A DNA stretch of 16,461 nucleotides from Candidatus Eiseniibacteriota bacterium (GTDB taxonomy: Bacteria > Eisenbacteria > RBG-16-71-46 > CAZEPH01), in NCBI GenBank assembly GCA_044229145.1, contig JBGATO010000080.1, positions 1 to 16,461 of the forward strand, written 5' to 3'. The notes under the pieces were generated by a model. It worked only from the letters and a program-made list of their open reading frames with translations, had not been told where the DNA came from and did no database searches. This document shows positions 15,832 through 16,461 of this stretch, piece by piece. Made by a program: the position numbers and the translations under genes. Positions within the stretch are counted from its first letter, which is position 1; each line of letters starts with the position of its first letter.

Positions 15832-16446
15832 GTCCCGGCGCGGACTCTGAACGCGATCGCTTCGACGGCTGCGTTCAACCGTCACCGGGCGGCCGGCAGC
15901 AGCTACACCGTTCGCTTCGCGGTCGAAGGCGATGTGCGGGCCGAGGAGATCGCGGCCTCGCAGGTCAGCCTCGACAATGGCACCACCCGCCTCACCGCGA
16001 CCACAGTCGCAGTCGAGAACGGTGCGGTCGTGGCGACGTTCGACGGCGCGACGCTGGTCACGCTGGTCGGGGACGCCGCCAGCGGCGAAACCGTGAGCCT
16101 GACCCTCAACGTCGCGGTGCACGGCGATGTGATGTCGGCGCCGTACGGCGTGGTCGTCACCGGCCTCAACGCGGCGGCGGCGGTCCAGGTCGTCCAGAAC
16201 CCGGTGTCCGGCCCGGCGCGCGTCCAGTACGTGGTGCCGGAGGACGGTGCGGTGCGCGTGGTCGTCTTCGACGCGCGCGGCCGCCAGGTTGCCGCACTGG
16301 TCGACCAGGTCACTCCGGCCGGCCGCTACGAGGTGGTGTGGAACGGCCGTGGCGTCGCTGGTTCGCCGGTGCCGTCGGGCGTCTACTACCTGCGGGCCAC
16401 GCTGGGTGGTGAGCAGGCCGGCAGCCGGATGCTGGTGGTCCGGTAA
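13516..16446 (+). CDS. Same protein, C-terminal part: 8 further repeats, unassigned domain and FlgD-Ig/T9SS-like C-terminal sorting domain
   Basis: Same frame as 8842..13470; repeat-like sequence resumes at 13591 (YFAVTITNVN). No RBS or signal peptide at ATG 13516, so this is unlikely to be a real start. Confidence 0.75.
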   Translation: MRRRPAATPGADHRAERRTTVPTRWYFAVTITNVNAPPVLATIAPQTVNENAQLSFTATATDPDGDPVSYSVTGNPEGSAIDAGTGVFTWTPDFNANDRVANGNYGGTDVSVSDGNGGTDNQVVLIHVNNVNQLPVVDAIADQTVNEGDLLTFTATATDADTLSSIAGWAVSGNVAGASIDNAGVYSFTPSPTQGGNVFTETLTATDDRGGTGNTSFQITVNDVNHAPAVAAIADQTVGENALLTVTPSGSDPDGDVLTWSGSSLPSGSAVDANTGVFTWTPAFGDAGNYAGVTLTATDPGTLSASASFAITVTHTNRAPVVDAIANQTVAEGALLTVNPSASDADGDAISWGGSNLPSGAAVDGTSGAFTWTPDFSQAGNYSAVTLTASDGTDTGSASFDITVTDTGRAPVVDPIANQTVAENDLLAFTATATDPDGDAFTWSGVNFPSGAAIDANSGAFTWTPGFDQAGTYSNVQVVATDAGLAAGSTSFGITVTNVNRAPSIASIADQTTGEGVLLTVTPSASDPDGDVLAYSGSALPSGASVNASTGVLSWTPSFADAGNYAGVTITADDNNGGTASASFAITVTNVNQPPTIASIANQSGMEMVLLTVTPSASDPDGDVLAWSGANLPSGATVDASTGVFTWTPTSSQSGSYTNVTLTADDGNGGSVSANFDITVADQAPVVSTTMVHFCTGATSTQPLAASDDDGHAITWSMTGNPVWLSIDASTGVLTGSPASGDLGFNGNVAVTVTDAVSTAAATYDVTVAVDCVPARTLNAIASTAAFNRHRAAGSSYTVRFAVEGDVRAEEIAASQVSLDNGTTRLTATTVAVENGAVVATFDGATLVTLVGDAASGETVSLTLNVAVHGDVMSAPYGVVVTGLNAAAAVQVVQNPVSGPARVQYVVPEDGAVRVVVFDARGRQVAALVDQVTPAGRYEVVWNGRGVAGSPVPSGVYYLRATLGGEQAGSRMLVVR
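16183..16443 (+). other. FlgD Ig-like / T9SS type A-like C-terminal sorting domain
   Basis: QNPVSGPARVQYVVPEDGAVRVVVFDARGRQVAALVDQVTPAGRYEVVWNGRGVAGSPVPSGVYYLRATLGGEQAGSRMLVVR matches the PNP...I.Y.L.....V.L.IYD..GR.V..L......G...V.WDG....G..V.SGVY pattern. Confidence 0.85.
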
Positions 16447-16461
16447 CACCCGGGGATTTGG

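Noticed and set aside
16447..16461. Possible start of a terminator after the giant gene
   Set aside because: Only 15 nt remain in the window, too few to show a stem.

Overview
High-GC bacterial window with two parts. (1) 1-8541 is housekeeping: the 3' end of the dcw cluster ([murG tail]-murC-murB-ftsQ-ftsA-ftsZ, translationally coupled from murC to ftsA, no ddl, no lpxC), a 558-aa TPR protein, a bidirectional terminator and a convergent rpmB (zinc-type L28). (2) From a divergent promoter region, 8842-16446 encodes what reads as one ~2534-aa secreted protein: signal peptide, 6-Cys N-terminal domain, 23 tandem ~90-aa cadherin-like/putative-Ig repeats, an unassigned domain, and a C-terminal FlgD-Ig/T9SS-like sorting domain. 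The gene order and this C-terminal domain point to an FCB-group lineage such as Eisenbacteria or Krumholzibacteriota (inference). The giant gene is broken only in a ~150-nt patch of repeat 15 (13441-13590), where compensating frameshifts create an in-frame TGA but leave the flanks in the same frame. A local consensus error is the most likely cause; a real switch is not excluded. No mobile element, CRISPR array or RNA gene was seen, and I cannot support a wholly new system. The best leads are the broken repeat, predicted disulfide staples at Ca2+-site positions of the adhesin, an atypical FtsZ tail and a TPR protein next to ftsZ.
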